64,000 bases of DNA from the human T2T-CHM13v2.0 reference genome, Homo sapiens. The translations under genes and the position numbers were made by a program. The notes beneath the pieces were generated by a model. It was not told the DNA's origin. It worked only from the letters and a program-made list of their open reading frames with translations, and did not search any database. The stretch's first letter is position 1. Each line of letters starts with the position of its first letter. The stretch lies in assembly GCF_009914755.1 (NCBI RefSeq), contig NC_060935.1. One strand, 5' to 3'. Below are positions 44,201-56,778 of this stretch, one piece after another.

Positions 44201-46087
44201 TATCACTCTTCTGATATTTTTTCAGGTCATAAATGTCTCCCAGTAAAGTTTGGTAGATTTTGTTTGTATTTGTTTTGTTTTGTTTTGTTTCATTTTATTT
44301 TATTCACTTTATATTTCTCATTGGGAAAACCCAAGCGTATTTTGTTAGGCATTAGAATATTTTCTTCTGTTATGTATGTGAAATATTTGTTTCCATTTTG
44401 TCTTCTGATTGGGCTATTCATTCTTTATTTGATTTTTATATATGTTACTAATATCTGTCTCATATTTTAAAAATTTTTTATATAAATTTTAAGTTGATTA
44501 TCTGAGTTTTCTAATTATATAATTATATCATCTACAAATAATAATGGTATGCTTTTATCACAAAAATTATCCTTCTTTTTTATATCAAGTGATCTTAATG
44601 GATCCACATTTCTAGAATAATATTTAACAATATTGTTGACAATTTGTATTTTTGCTTTATTTGGAATTTTAACTAGAATGGACACAAAATTTGCACATAA
44701 ATACACATGAATTATATGCCAATTCTTGTCTGCCAACAGTAGAAATTAACTCTGGATAAATAAAACAGGAAAATATTGTATTGGAAATATTTTGATTAGT
44801 TTACATAATCGACATAAAGGTTGAAACTATGATAAAATTTATATTAAGAGCAGGCCGTAGTCAGCAAGGTTGCTAGCTGCACCACATTTATTGCCTCTGA
44901 AGGCCAGAGAACAGCACACTCTCAACATCTTATATAAATGCTGCACTTCAGTCACTTGATCATAGGAGCTGTCCTTTTAGTATCTATGTATCACTCTCAA
45001 ATTAAATGATCATGCCCAGGGTGTTATAGAAGGGTAGATTATATTACCCAGAGCCCAAACCAGTAGCCTAGGAATTTGTGCTGAATTTCTAGTAAACACT
45101 GAGTTTAAACGTTGTAATATAGACAAGAAAAAATGCATTCAGGCCCTACAATTCTCTTGAATGAAACACAACTATTATACATTTTCTCCGTAAGTTCTCA
45201 AACACAATGGGATACAATTTTATCTTCTGGATCTCTACTATGAATCATCATGAGCTCAGAATGATCCTAGGCAGAATTTTTCATATCTCTTTACTATTAG
45301 CATGAGCATGGAGTCATTTATTTTTCTGATTTTGATATCTGGCTGCTTGTATTGCTGATCTTTCCTTCTGGTTCAGGCAAGATAAAAGCACACAACCAAT
45401 TTCTCATTATTGGTCTGAGAAGGTAGCCCAACTGACCACACTGAGTAACTAAATAATTTCCCTCACCTACTTTATTATTTATTCCAATCTCATTTTCCTT
45501 TTTCAACTTTAGTATGCTGGCTTTTTGGTAGTCCTCAATATTTAAAAATGACTCACTGAATTTCAGGTAGCCTTGATTGTCTCTAAGTAAAAATATCTGG
45601 AGAGTGGGTGAGACAAGGAGAGGAAAAAGAAATCCAAGAATTGATATTTCTCATAATTTTATTATGCTCAGATGTTTGTCCCTTGGAACCAAAAGAAAAC
45701 CATAACAGATCTTTATAATTCTCCCATCTCCTACAACAGGCACCCTAGAAATTATTATAACAATTTGGAATATTGGTATTTGGCAAAGCATTCCTAGATA
45801 TTACAGCTGAAATAAAAGAATGGGGAGATAGCGCCACCATCAACAAATGCCAAAAAGTGAATAAGTTTATTTAGGGGAAAGGGGTGAGACCAAACCTGGG
45901 GAAATTTTGCAGGTATGCACCTATTGATTGAAATATTCTTAAAGGCGAACTATCAAAAAGAGTTCTAGTTTCTTCCTTCGCTCTCTCATTATTGCCTCTC
46001 TCTGTTTTCTAGGTAATGATTCACAATGTGTCTGTCTTCCTTTTTAATGTCATTCATTAATATAGTATAGTTTTCTTCATATAATCA

Positions 46088-46105
46088 ATGTGTGTGTGTG
46101 TGTGT

Positions 46106-46141
<36 letters not shown>
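46088..46141. repeat. (TG)n microsatellite
   Basis: Direct inspection. Confidence 0.95.
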
Positions 46142-46143
<2 letters not shown>

Positions 46144-47379
46144 CTTTCTTCCTAGAAATTTTATTATTTCATTGCTCCTAAAATGCTGTTTTTATTTGAT
46201 GATATACTATATGGTATGGCACAGAAACACTATAGCTATTTATTTTTATTTTATTTTATATTTATTTTGTTACTACTCATATTGCTAAATACATTTACTG
46301 GAGATTTAAAACTGTTTCAAAACATATTCATTAGACTTTCAATTTGATAATAAGTATTCTATAAATAATAGTTACTTAAATCTTAGAAATACTTTTCTTA
46401 TCTTATTTAATTGTCAAGGAATACTCCCAGATTTGTTAAATAGTGATATTATGAATGCCTTATTTTCCCTCATATTGATAAAAATTCATCTAGTTTATTT
46501 CACTATTAAATACAATATTGTTATTTGTCCAAAATACCAGTTATCTTAGCTTGCAATATGTTTGCATTCTAACAGCACTCTTAAAGATCCCTTTCATTAT
46601 CCCTTTCATTACCCTCCTTCCATTATTCCAACTACTCATAATTGTATCACCAACTTGGCATATTGCTATGCTTGTTAACTGACTGAATTAATAAAGAAAA
46701 AGAAGAGATAAAATCTAATCAATGACTATGAGTTGTTCTTGGAAAGGACTGACCTTAACAGGGTTTGTAGCTTAAGTATATTAATTAGGGTAAAACATCC
46801 TAGACATTGGAAATTCTCTTACAGATAGTCTTAGTTTTCACAAGTTTTATGGTTAATACTCTGCAGTGTTTTCTTAAGTATTTCAAAAGAAAGTCCAGTG
46901 AGGACAACTAGCTATTTGCCATCACAAATTAAATGAAAACTTTTGCCCATAGGAAAGGAAAACATAAAAGGAAGCAAAAACCTTACATAGTATTTCTTTT
47001 TAATTCTCCTAATGATTTATCTTGCCAAATATAAATTCATACAATCCACTCTACACTACACTTAAAATCACTGATTTTTCTGTTTAATATACTCTCTGCT
47101 GACCAACAATTATGTGTCTGTGACAAGGTTAGGAGCCAAGCATGCAAGGATATATATGAGTGAATCTTTGCCCAAATTTAAAGATACTGTACTTTAGACG
47201 TAAGATACTTATGAGAAGAGTCTTTAGGTAATAGAGAACTAGTTATCCTTGTTTATATGCATATGACATAACTTGCATATGCAGGCCATTCTGTTCTTCA
47301 AAATATTGGGACTCAGATTCCACAAAGTCTTTTTTCTGTCTCTCCCTCTCTCTCTCTCTATCTCTCTTTTTTTTTCCAA

Positions 47380-48402
47380 TTTGAGGATCTTCGTTCAATG
47401 AAATTTAAAATTGACTTAGAACATATTGCTCATTGATCCTAAAACTTTGTATCTCGTTGAGAGTGTAATACAGCTCAGATATAAATTAAATTGTAGTGTT
47501 TTAATTGTTACTGAAAGTGACATGCCCTACATCTTTCTTCTTGACCTTTGTGCAATAATAAAATATCCTATCTCTCTGGCACTTTTGTTTTCATAGTTTT
47601 CTCTTCCTTTAGCTCCTTAGGGCACTTTTCCAGACCACCTCAAGATTCCAAATAGAATTGTGTGATTTAGGAATAATAGCACCCGACAGCAGTAGAGAAA
47701 AGATCTTTCTTAAAGAATTTATGGATTTTTCAGAATGCTATCTGGGATGCCACCTCTGCCCACATCACTGATTCATGAGTTCATCTTTGGCAAGACAGCA
47801 ACAGAATTACTTTTCTAGGGAGAACAGATAACTTATTGGAGGAGAAGAGGGTCAGCCTGTCACTGGGTGAATATCATACAACATAAAGCCCAAATGCTAT
47901 AGCACCATAAAAAGTCATCAAGTATTTTACAAAATGAAGTTCTTGCTGCTGGGATCCCATCAGGCAGCAATTTTTGCTCTGATTACCTAAAGTCCCTTCA
48001 TCTGTCTCTCAGCATTCCACTGCCTGTAGCTTATCAGTTTTCCTCTAAAGGGGATTTAATGTTCTGTCAATTTCCATATTGTTTCTGGCACTGTTGTGTG
48101 CGGATAGGATCTTAAAATAAACAAAAAATCTGAACAACTAAAGCAACGTCAATCCGTCTTTGCCTCTGCCAAATTTCCTAAGGTTTGTAAACCCTTCCAG
48201 CAATTGATAACATTAGAACATATTCAGATCTCTGTTTCTGTCTCATACTTATCGAAATCTTATTTACACTTTTAAAAACATAGTTTTTTTTTTTTTGTTT
48301 AGCAGTTGGGTCACATGTAGCAAAAATTTTTCCTGACATTTGTATTTTTACTCCATGATTGAGTCTTGACACATCAGCTCATTTGTGAGATCTGAGATCT
48401 AA
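47380..48402 (-). pseudogene. Large PLAT exon (end of repeat 1, repeat 2, probable repeat 3); its 5' end lies across the L1 at 50644-50621
   Basis: LDLRSHK*ADVSRLNHGVK..KIFATCDPTAKQKKKNYVF; RVY..GNLAEAKTD.DVALVV; NPL*RKTDKL; LGNQSK; SYLFSLEK*...LAKDE. Confidence 0.7.
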
Positions 48403-48410
48403 AGTACTCC

Positions 48411-50440
48411 AAATCAACTCAAAATGGGTTAAAGACCTAAGAGTATGACCTGAAACCATAAAACTTCTTGAAGAAAACACACAGGAAAAGCTCCTTGACG
48501 TTGGCTCCTTGACAGACAATGGTGTTTTGGATATCACACCAAAAGCTCAGGCGACAACAGAAAAAAAGAAAATCAAAACAAGCGGTTTTACATCAAACTG
48601 AAAATCTTCTGCACAGCAAAGGAAGCAATCATAAAATGAAAAGGCAACCAACTTATGGACGGAAGGAAATATTTGCAAACCAGATATCTGATAAAGGGTT
48701 AATATCCAAACTATATAAGAAGCACAGTTCAATAGCAAAAAAATACATAAATTAAAAATGAGCAAAAGACCTAAATAGACATATTTACAAAGAAGACATA
48801 AAACATGGCCAAGAGGTATATGAAAGGATATTAAATATCTCTAATCATCAGGTACATGTAAATCAAAACCTCAAGGAAATATCATCCCATACCTGTTATG
48901 ATGACTATCATCAAAAAGATAAGAGATAATTATTGGTGAAAGTGGAGAAAAGACAATCCTTGTACATCACTGGCAAAATGTAAATTCATACAGCCCTTAT
49001 TAAAAATAGTATGAAGTTTCCTTAAAAAAATTAAAAACAGAACTACCAGCAATCTCCCTTCTGAATATACACCCAAGGAAATGAAATCAGTACTTCAAAG
49101 AGGTATCTGCATTCCTATGATCATTGCAATATTATTCACCATAGCTGAGGTATAGAGACAACCTAAGTGCCCATCAACAGATAAAGGGACAAAGAATATA
49201 TGGTATAGTCTCTCCTTCAGTAGCTCAAGATGCCAATAGGAAAGAAGGGCAAGGAAAAGAAGGGGATTCCAGCTCCTGCTGTTGTGAAGAAGCAGCAGAC
49301 CAAGAAGGTGGTAAATCTCCTCTTAGAGAAAAGACCTAAGAATTTTGGCCTTGGACGGGACAACCTGCCCAAAAGGGACCTTACCCACCTTGTCATATGG
49401 CACTGCTATGTCCAGTTGCCCTGGAAAAGGGCTACTTTCTAAATGAGGTTGAAAGTGGCTCTTGCAATTAACCAGTTCACCCAGGCCTTGAGCTGCTAAA
49501 CAAGGGCTCAACTGCTTAAGCTGGCCCACAAGTACAGACCAGACACAAAGCATGAGAACAAGCAGAGGTTGTTAGTTCAGGCTGAAAAGAAAGCTGCTGG
49601 TAAACAGGATGTCCCACTAAGAGACCTCCTATTCTTGAAGCAGAGATTGGCACTGACACCACTTTGGTGGAGAACAAGAAGGCTCAGCTGGTGGTGACTG
49701 CATATGACACAGATCCCACAGAGCTGGATGTATCTGCCCTGTGTCAGAAGATGGGTGGTTCCATTGCATTAACTATGGGAAGGCCAGACTGGACTCTAGT
49801 ACACAGAAAGACCTGCACTACCATTGCCTTCACACACAGGTTACCTCGAAAGAAAAAGGAGCTCTGGCTAAACTGGTGGAAGCTATCATGACCGATGACA
49901 AGGACAGATATGATGAAGTATCATCCTCTCTGGGAAGGAAATATCCTGGGTACAAAATCTGTGGCTTGCATTGCCAACCTGGAAATGGCAAAGGCTAAAG
50001 AACTTGCCACCGAACTGGGTGAAATGTATGCTATTGAGTTTTATGCTCATAAAACAAGAAAAATTCTTTTCTTAAAATGTGATATGCATACACACATAAA
50101 TGTGAATACTATTTAGCCTTTAAAAAGAAGAAAATCCTGCCATTTGCAACAACATGGATGAACAAGGGGGACATTATGCTAAGTGAAATAATCCAGAAAC
50201 AGAAAGAAATATACTGCATGAAGAACCTTAAAAAGTCAAATTCATAGAGCTAGAGAGTAGCATAGTGGTTGCCAGGACTAGAGAGGTGGGGGAAATTGGA
50301 AAATGTTGGTTAAAAAGGTACAAAGTTTCAATCATGTAGGATGAATAATTCTAAACATCTGAAGTACAGCATGCTGACTATGGTTAATTAAACTATTTTA
50401 CACTAGAAATTTGCTAGAAGAGTAGATTACAAGTGCTCTC

Positions 50441-50471
<31 letters not shown>

Positions 50472-50620
50472 CAGGAGATATACACACACACATATGTATA
50501 TATAATTTTGTTCACTGTAGTAATCATTTCACTGTGTATACATATATCAAAACATCATGTGCATCTTAAATACATACATTTTAAAATAAAATAATAAAGT
50601 AACAAAAAAGGAAAAGAAAA
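48411..50620 (+). mobile_element. L1MA8/9-like 3' portion, hosting the RPL7A retrocopy
   Basis: aaatcaactcaaaatgggttaaagaccta...; 3'UTR gtaatcatttcac...atatcaaaacatcatg; A-rich tail. Confidence 0.88.
49208..50073 (+). pseudogene. Processed pseudogene of ribosomal protein L7a (RPL7A)
   Basis: Intronless and full length: 5' pyrimidine tract, [72 protein letters not shown]; frameshifts and stops; ancestral TAA now GAA at 50021-50023. Confidence 0.96.
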
Positions 50621-50683
50621 TACACTTCTAAGAGTAATGGATTACTAATATAAAAATGAAAGAGTTTGTTATTTTTTATAAAG

Positions 50684-51222
50684 TATAGAGGAGGGAAATC
50701 TTTTCCTCTATCTTCTGAGGATTTGATAACTGACCCCATCAGATAAACTGAGAGTAGGCAGATTAACAGGCAAAAATGTATACAAATATGTGCACAGGGA
50801 CATCACAGAAAAGAAAAGTGAACATTCAAAAACCCAGTGAGATCTGGAAGCTTAAACACCCTCTTTATAGGGGAGAGGGGAGGAGAAATATCAGTAATTT
50901 AAGGGAGAGTGAACGATCTCAGAGAAAGATAAATGAGCCCCCAGAAAAAAATAGATGATAGCCTGTGAGAAATTCTGTCTGGGGATGGTGCTGACCTCCA
51001 GTCTTCCCTCTTATGGTCTGAATTAATCTTTGCTGGTTGATGCGATTCCTGAGCAGGAGATTGATAATAACTTACTTCCCTTTAGAGGACACATCATTAG
51101 GCAAATAAAGGAAGTTCAGAGAAAGGCCCTCTCTGTGTTGGCTGTTTTCCAGGCACGCTCAGTTTAAGTAATCAGTGTACCACAGCAGCATATCTTGGGG
51201 TGGCATTTCCAGAACCCCTTTC
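50684..51222 (-). mobile_element. MER34-group ERV1 LTR
   Basis: Reverse complement begins TGAAAGGGGTTCTGGAAATGCCACCCCAAGATATGC. Confidence 0.7.
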
Positions 51223-51334
51223 AATAAAATGAGAACATATTGGCAATCAAAGAAAACAATTATTATTAAGGTAGAATAGATATTACTTAATGAGAAACTT
51301 CTAGGACTTTGCAACCAAAAGAGCAGTCAAAGGA

Positions 51335-51460
51335 CCATGAAGGAACTTCTTAGAAATGCAGACTCTTGGGCCCCACTTTGCACATACTGAATCAAAAATC
51401 AACATTTTGCCAAAATTCCCTGGTGGTTTGAATGCATAAAGAAGTTTAAGAAATACTCTT
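51335..51460. mobile_element. MER5A fragment
   Basis: ttagaaatgcagactcttgggccccac...tactgaatca. Confidence 0.75.
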
Positions 51461-51530
51461 CTACAAACCATACTAGACTGTAGCTATTTTGTTTTATACA
51501 ATCATCAAAGCAGTACTTCTATGTAAACAA

Positions 51531-51570
<40 letters not shown>

Positions 51571-52195
51571 GACTTTAAGTTCTGGGATGCATGTGCAGAA
51601 CGTGCAGTTTTGTTACATAGTTATACAGGTGCCAGGGTCGTTTGTTGCACCCATCAACCTGTCATCTACATTAGATATTTCTCCTAATGCCATCCCTCTC
51701 CTAGCCCCTCACCTCGTGACAGGCCCTGGTGTGTGATGTTCCCCTTCCTGTGTCCATGTGTTCTCATTGTTCAGCTCCCACTTATAAGTGAGAACATGTG
51801 GTGTTTGGTTTTCTGTTCCTGTGTTAGTTTGCTGAGAATGATGGTTTCCAGCTTCATTCATGTCCCTGCAAAGCACATGATCTCATTCTTTTTATGGCTG
51901 CATAGTATTCCTTGTTGTATATGTGCCACATTTTCTTTACTCAGTCTATCATTGATGGGCATTTGGGTTGGTTCCAAGTCTTTGCTATTGTTAACAGTGT
52001 TGCAATAAACATATGTGTCTTTATTGTAGAATGATTTATAATCATTTTGGTATATACCCAGTAATGGGAATCCTGGGTCAAATGGTATTCCTAGTTCTAG
52101 ATCCTTGAGGAATCGCCACACTGTCTTCCACAGTGGTTGAACTAATGTACACTCCCACCAACCATGTAAAAGTGTTCTTATTTCTTCACATCATC
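51531..52195 (-). mobile_element. L1PA 3' end with (ATT)n tail
   Basis: actttaagttctggga..catgtgcagaacgtgcag...ttctagatccttgaggaatcgccacactgtcttccaca. Confidence 0.95.
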
Positions 52196-52456
52196 TCATA
52201 CCATTGTGAAGATAAGAAATGTGGTTCCCAGAAAATTTAAGTACCTTTCTCAAGGTCATGCAGTGAGTAAATTAAAAGGAAATGTGAAAGAGGGATTGTC
52301 AGAATTGTGAACCCAAGTATATCTGATTCAAAAGCCTGTGCAAAGAACCTGTTCTTCATTTTTAAAAAATACAGTAACCCCTTTTAAATCTGACCTAAGT
52401 TCTCTCAGCATTTTTGGATGTCTTTGAAATACTAATCTGAATTTTATATAACATAC

Positions 52457-52617
52457 CTGGAAAAAATGAGAAGTTTTCTACTTCCTCAAAGAACTAAAAT
52501 TTTGGTAAGGAGGTAATATAACGTAAAGCTAATGGCACTGGCCCTAAAACATTTGTACAGAATTTAGAACATCCATGTCTTATACACTCATCTTAGGTGT
52601 GTAAATATGATTTCATG
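52457..52617 (-). pseudogene. PLAT repeat 1, N-terminal half exon
   Basis: Single frame KSYLHT*DECIRHG...VLGPVPL...PKF*FFEEVENFSF; donor CAG|GTATGT. Confidence 0.55.
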
Positions 52618-53244
52618 CTGTAATTTACTTACTACATAAGGCAATAGTAATGACAGTAGTTTTCCTAAAATACTGTGGTAAGATCTAAAGTAAACTAAAT
52701 AATTATTCCAATAATGAAATTAAATAAGTACATGGGGAAAATATGAAAATATTAATGCTGGGCAAAGCATCTTTTAATTTCTTTGTAAAGATTAGAAAAA
52801 TGCTTCAGAACTTATACCCTGTTACTATATCCTGAGGTCTGAAACACAGTGAACTCTTTTAAAATGAATAAAATAATAAAATATTTCAGAAATTAGACAA
52901 GAAAAATTTATATGCAAAACTTTATACACAATAATTATGATGATTTTTAAGACTTGACAGAAAACTACATGTATGCTCTTGCCGGTACCACTCAATATAA
53001 GAGTGGAATATTAATGCAGGAACTATATATTACAAATGAACAATCAGATGTGATCTGACATAGAATTTTAGTAAAATAACTAGGTAAGAGCTATAGCTTG
53101 AATGTGAGAGTGTTTTAATTTCCCAGACACCTTGGGGTGGTTTATTGGGACAACAAAAGAACTCTCAGAAATAAGACACACATGTTTTCTTCTTCTGTAA
53201 GCTATTTCCCATAAAAAGCTCCAGGGCTAGTCATAAAACAGTCT

Positions 53245-54231
53245 TAAAAATAATGAGCTAAAGGGGATTCAGTGTAGATTTAATGATTTTTCAATCTCTT
53301 ATGACAAGAAAAGATGAATGAATCTTTAGTTTTAAATACTTGTCTTTCAGACTTTTTTTGTTTATAAGACATGACCATAAATTTAATCTTTCCACAATAA
53401 AGAATAGTTTCATCTTAGTATGTCATATGTAAATAAAACATTTTTCATTCTTTTTCTTTTTCTGATGATAAATGGAAAGATTTTTTTTCTTTGATGAGCA
53501 GTCTTTATCAGTGACTTCTATTTCAAAGTCATTTATAGAAATCTATTGAAGCAGATGATCAAAGAATCTATTGAACTTGCTTTCAGGGATGTCTGTGAGA
53601 AGCATCATTGTGTAACAATAACATTATATTATTTACACACTTAATTCAATTAAAAGGAGACTGTTTTAATTCTTAGTTTAGGCTGAAGTTCCATAATTAA
53701 ACTGAATTAGGTATCAATATCCGTATTTTATAGGAGAAATATTTTACTGCCTATGGAGGACTTGCCATCAGGGTGGCCTTTGGCTTTCTGGGCCTCTCAA
53801 CCATTAAGCAGACTTAAGCCAAACATAGTGGTAGGGCTGGGCAACACTGATTGTGAAGGGATTCATGTTGAGGACTTCTTGGGAGTGTGTTATTGAATAA
53901 CTGTCTAGCTCTTCTCCCTTGTCCAACAGGATAGGAGCAGGTACACTGGCCATTTTAAGCCAAGTGAAGGTGCCTTCAACACAACCACTTAGAAAGGTTC
54001 TCATGTGTTATCTGAAGTTTGCAGAAGAGAAAATGAGTATATGCCTCTTACCTAGAAAAGTCTAAGGGAGTAAAGCTGATTGAGACTGAATTGCATGCCC
54101 ACGGATAGGACCAGAGATTTGTATTTTCTGTGTCCAGAATGGGCAGAGTCAGTCCCACAAAAGGGGACTAAAGATGCAGCCTCATGGCTGAGAACCTCAC
54201 CCTCTTGAAGAGTTCTGCTTTGAGACTCCAA
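53245..54231 (-). pseudogene. Kinase C-lobe exon (subdomains VIa-XI), degenerate
   Basis: Phase-0 acceptor attctttcAG. In order, with frameshifts: FSLNQL, VRGI-HFLFCKLQITH-ENL, LKMAS, HSQEVL..PFT, YVW-*VCLMVE (=DxWSLGCxxxE), IGSKIF..DT*FSLIMEL, YLKLKD-FIFSC...IYTESPLAHYF (spacing matches DYRK1A YLKFKDLILRM...ALQHSF). Confidence 0.8.
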
Positions 54232-55383
54232 CTGAAAGAATCTTCATGAAATGTAGGGAGAAGAAACAAGCATGGGATGGGAGAGTCATATGTTATGCTA
54301 AAATATCATTTCAAACAATTCAGTTTCAAATCCATTTTAAAGTACTAAAGACCCATAGAGAAATACCTCTACTAGGCTCCTTCAAAAATTCACTCTTGGT
54401 GGCACTACTTAATAAGAAAAAGGGAATTGTAAGAGAATAAGTGTTTAAAACAAAAAGAACAGAGTATTTGGTAAAATCATTAGAGTTGAATGACAATCTA
54501 CTGATATTTATTGACATTCATGGAAGTAAGTAAAGAATGTGCCAGAACAAGCATTAATTCAATTAAAGTTAGTCAAGAAGTGGCTGAAGCATTTTATTAT
54601 GCATTCTAATTTACCCCAAAAGGAAGTGGAGTATTAAATCTTTCCCAGACAAGAACTGAGTATGGAACATTTTTCAAACGTTCCATCCAGAAATTATATC
54701 CTCCACACTAAGAAAGAGTGCAAAGAGAGAAGGAAGGAAGGAGAGAAAACAGTGTTCAGATGGTTGGATATAAAGAGTGATTATCAAAAGGGGGAAGTGG
54801 GTATGAATATTCTTAATATGCAAGCCTTGAGAGAAAGGACCAACATTTGGACATTTTTCAAAATCAAAGGACACTAACCAGATTAACTGTGTCTGCTATG
54901 TAGATCATTTTTTGCATCTTCCATATGACCCTTCCTTTGTGACGAGGCAGAACCAGAGACAACCCATTGGGTAGGAAGAGAAAGTAGAAATGGAGTAAAT
55001 ACACTAATGTTGAAAATATATATATTTTCTCTTTATGTCTTTTTTTCAGGCCTTAAAATCCAATAATCCAATTATACACATGAAAAGAGAGCACGGATAA
55101 TTGCAATACTCAGAAGACCCAAAGCATATAATTTTCATGAAATATGGATATGTGATTAACCAATCATGCTTTTCAAAGTATTTATTTACTTCTTTTTCCT
55201 TGTCAGACACTTACATAGTTTTGTATATGCTAGGCAATTTTCTAAGCACTTTGAAAATGTTAACTTACTTAATGATTAGTGATTTTCATTACCTATCAAA
55301 ATAAAATTCTAGGGGACATTTTCCTGACTACTTCTCTTATTATAAATTTACTGGAAAGAAATTAGAATAAAAGATTGTGGTAA

Positions 55384-55404
55384 ACACACACGTGCGCGCG
55401 CGCG

Positions 55405-55439
<35 letters not shown>
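55384..55439. repeat. Compound (CA)n-(CG)9-(CA)n alternating purine/pyrimidine tract
   Basis: 56 bp of uninterrupted R/Y alternation. Confidence 0.95.
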
Positions 55440-56363
55440 TCTTACTCAGCTAATGTCAGTATTTACATATTGAGTAATCATGAAAGGACCTTTGCAGAAT
55501 CATTTAACTTATGCTTTGATTTAGGCTAATAGGCTGTTTTGTGAAGACCTAGGAAAGTGGAAGTTATGGTAGAAATTCACTTTTTAAAAATTTAATGCAA
55601 ATAGCACATTGTTAAGATAAAATTATACTGGATGCTCATCAGACCCCTTTTAACACCTCTCTAAAATGCTAGTTGAATTTATGCATAGCTGGTTGCTGAT
55701 AAGAGGCAAAACATCTATACATGTTGCACCTAGATGAACTTCTTCAGGAAAATCTTATGTAAAAATATCAAAATTTGAGATCTATTATTAAATCGCATAA
55801 ATCGTGAAACTACTTAAACCTATAAGCTCAGCTCCAAGTTTCTTTGTAGAAACTGAAGTAAAGAAATAACCCTTTCTCTACTTATAAATTACTCTATTTT
55901 TAAGTCTAATTTCTCATTCATCTGAGTAGTACACTGTTCACTCTCATCTCAAGATATACAAAATAAAACTGGTTACAAAATTTAACGTGAGTGATTTATC
56001 TCAGTGAACTCTCAAAAATGGCAATTAAGTGAACATTTTCTGAATTTGTTTGTAACAGCTTAAAATATAATTGGCATATAGTAAACTATATGTATGCCAA
56101 CTTTATAATTTGATAAAGGATGTGTGTCTGTTATGCATATATAATGTATAAATTTTCTTTATAGGTATATACATGTGTACATTTGAAATCATTACCCAAT
56201 CAATGGAAAATGAACATAACCAACATCTGCAAAAGCTTCTTCTAGTTCTTTGATAATTCCTTTCTCCTATCTTTCCTGACCAGCTTCTTGTTCCCAGAAA
56301 AAAATGTTTTCTGTCACTATTGATTTTATTTCATGTTATTATTGATTTTCTTTTATTGATTAC

Positions 56364-56778
56364 TAATATAGTTTGATGTCCCCTACAAATCTCATGTTGA
56401 GATGTAATCCCCAGTATTGGAGATGGGATCTGGTGGGAGGTGATTATATCATGGGTGCAGATTTCTCCTAAATGGTTAGCACCATCCTCTTGGTGATGTC
56501 CTCACAATAGTGAATGATTTCACGTGAGATCTGGTTGTTTAAAAGTGTGTGGCACCTCTCCCCCTCTCTCTTCCTCCCTATCTTGCCACGTGATATGCCT
56601 GTTTCTGCCGTTTCTTCTGCCATAAATAAAAGCTCCCTGAGGTCTCCCCAGAAGTTAGGCAGATGCCAGCACCATGATTGTACAGGCTGCAGAACTGTGA
56701 GTCAATTAAACCTCTTTTGTTTATAAATTACTCGGTCTCAGGTATTTCTTTATAGTAGGAAAAGGATGGCCTAACACA
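56364..56778 (+). mobile_element. MSTA/MSTB solo LTR within an old minus-strand L1M
   Basis: aaatctcatgttgagatgtaatcccca...gtctcaggtatttctttatag...ctaacaca. Confidence 0.88.

Noticed and set aside
54012-54050. Apparent GTAAGA...CAG intron
   Set aside because: Only 39 nt, and it encodes the VRGI-HFL kinase segment.
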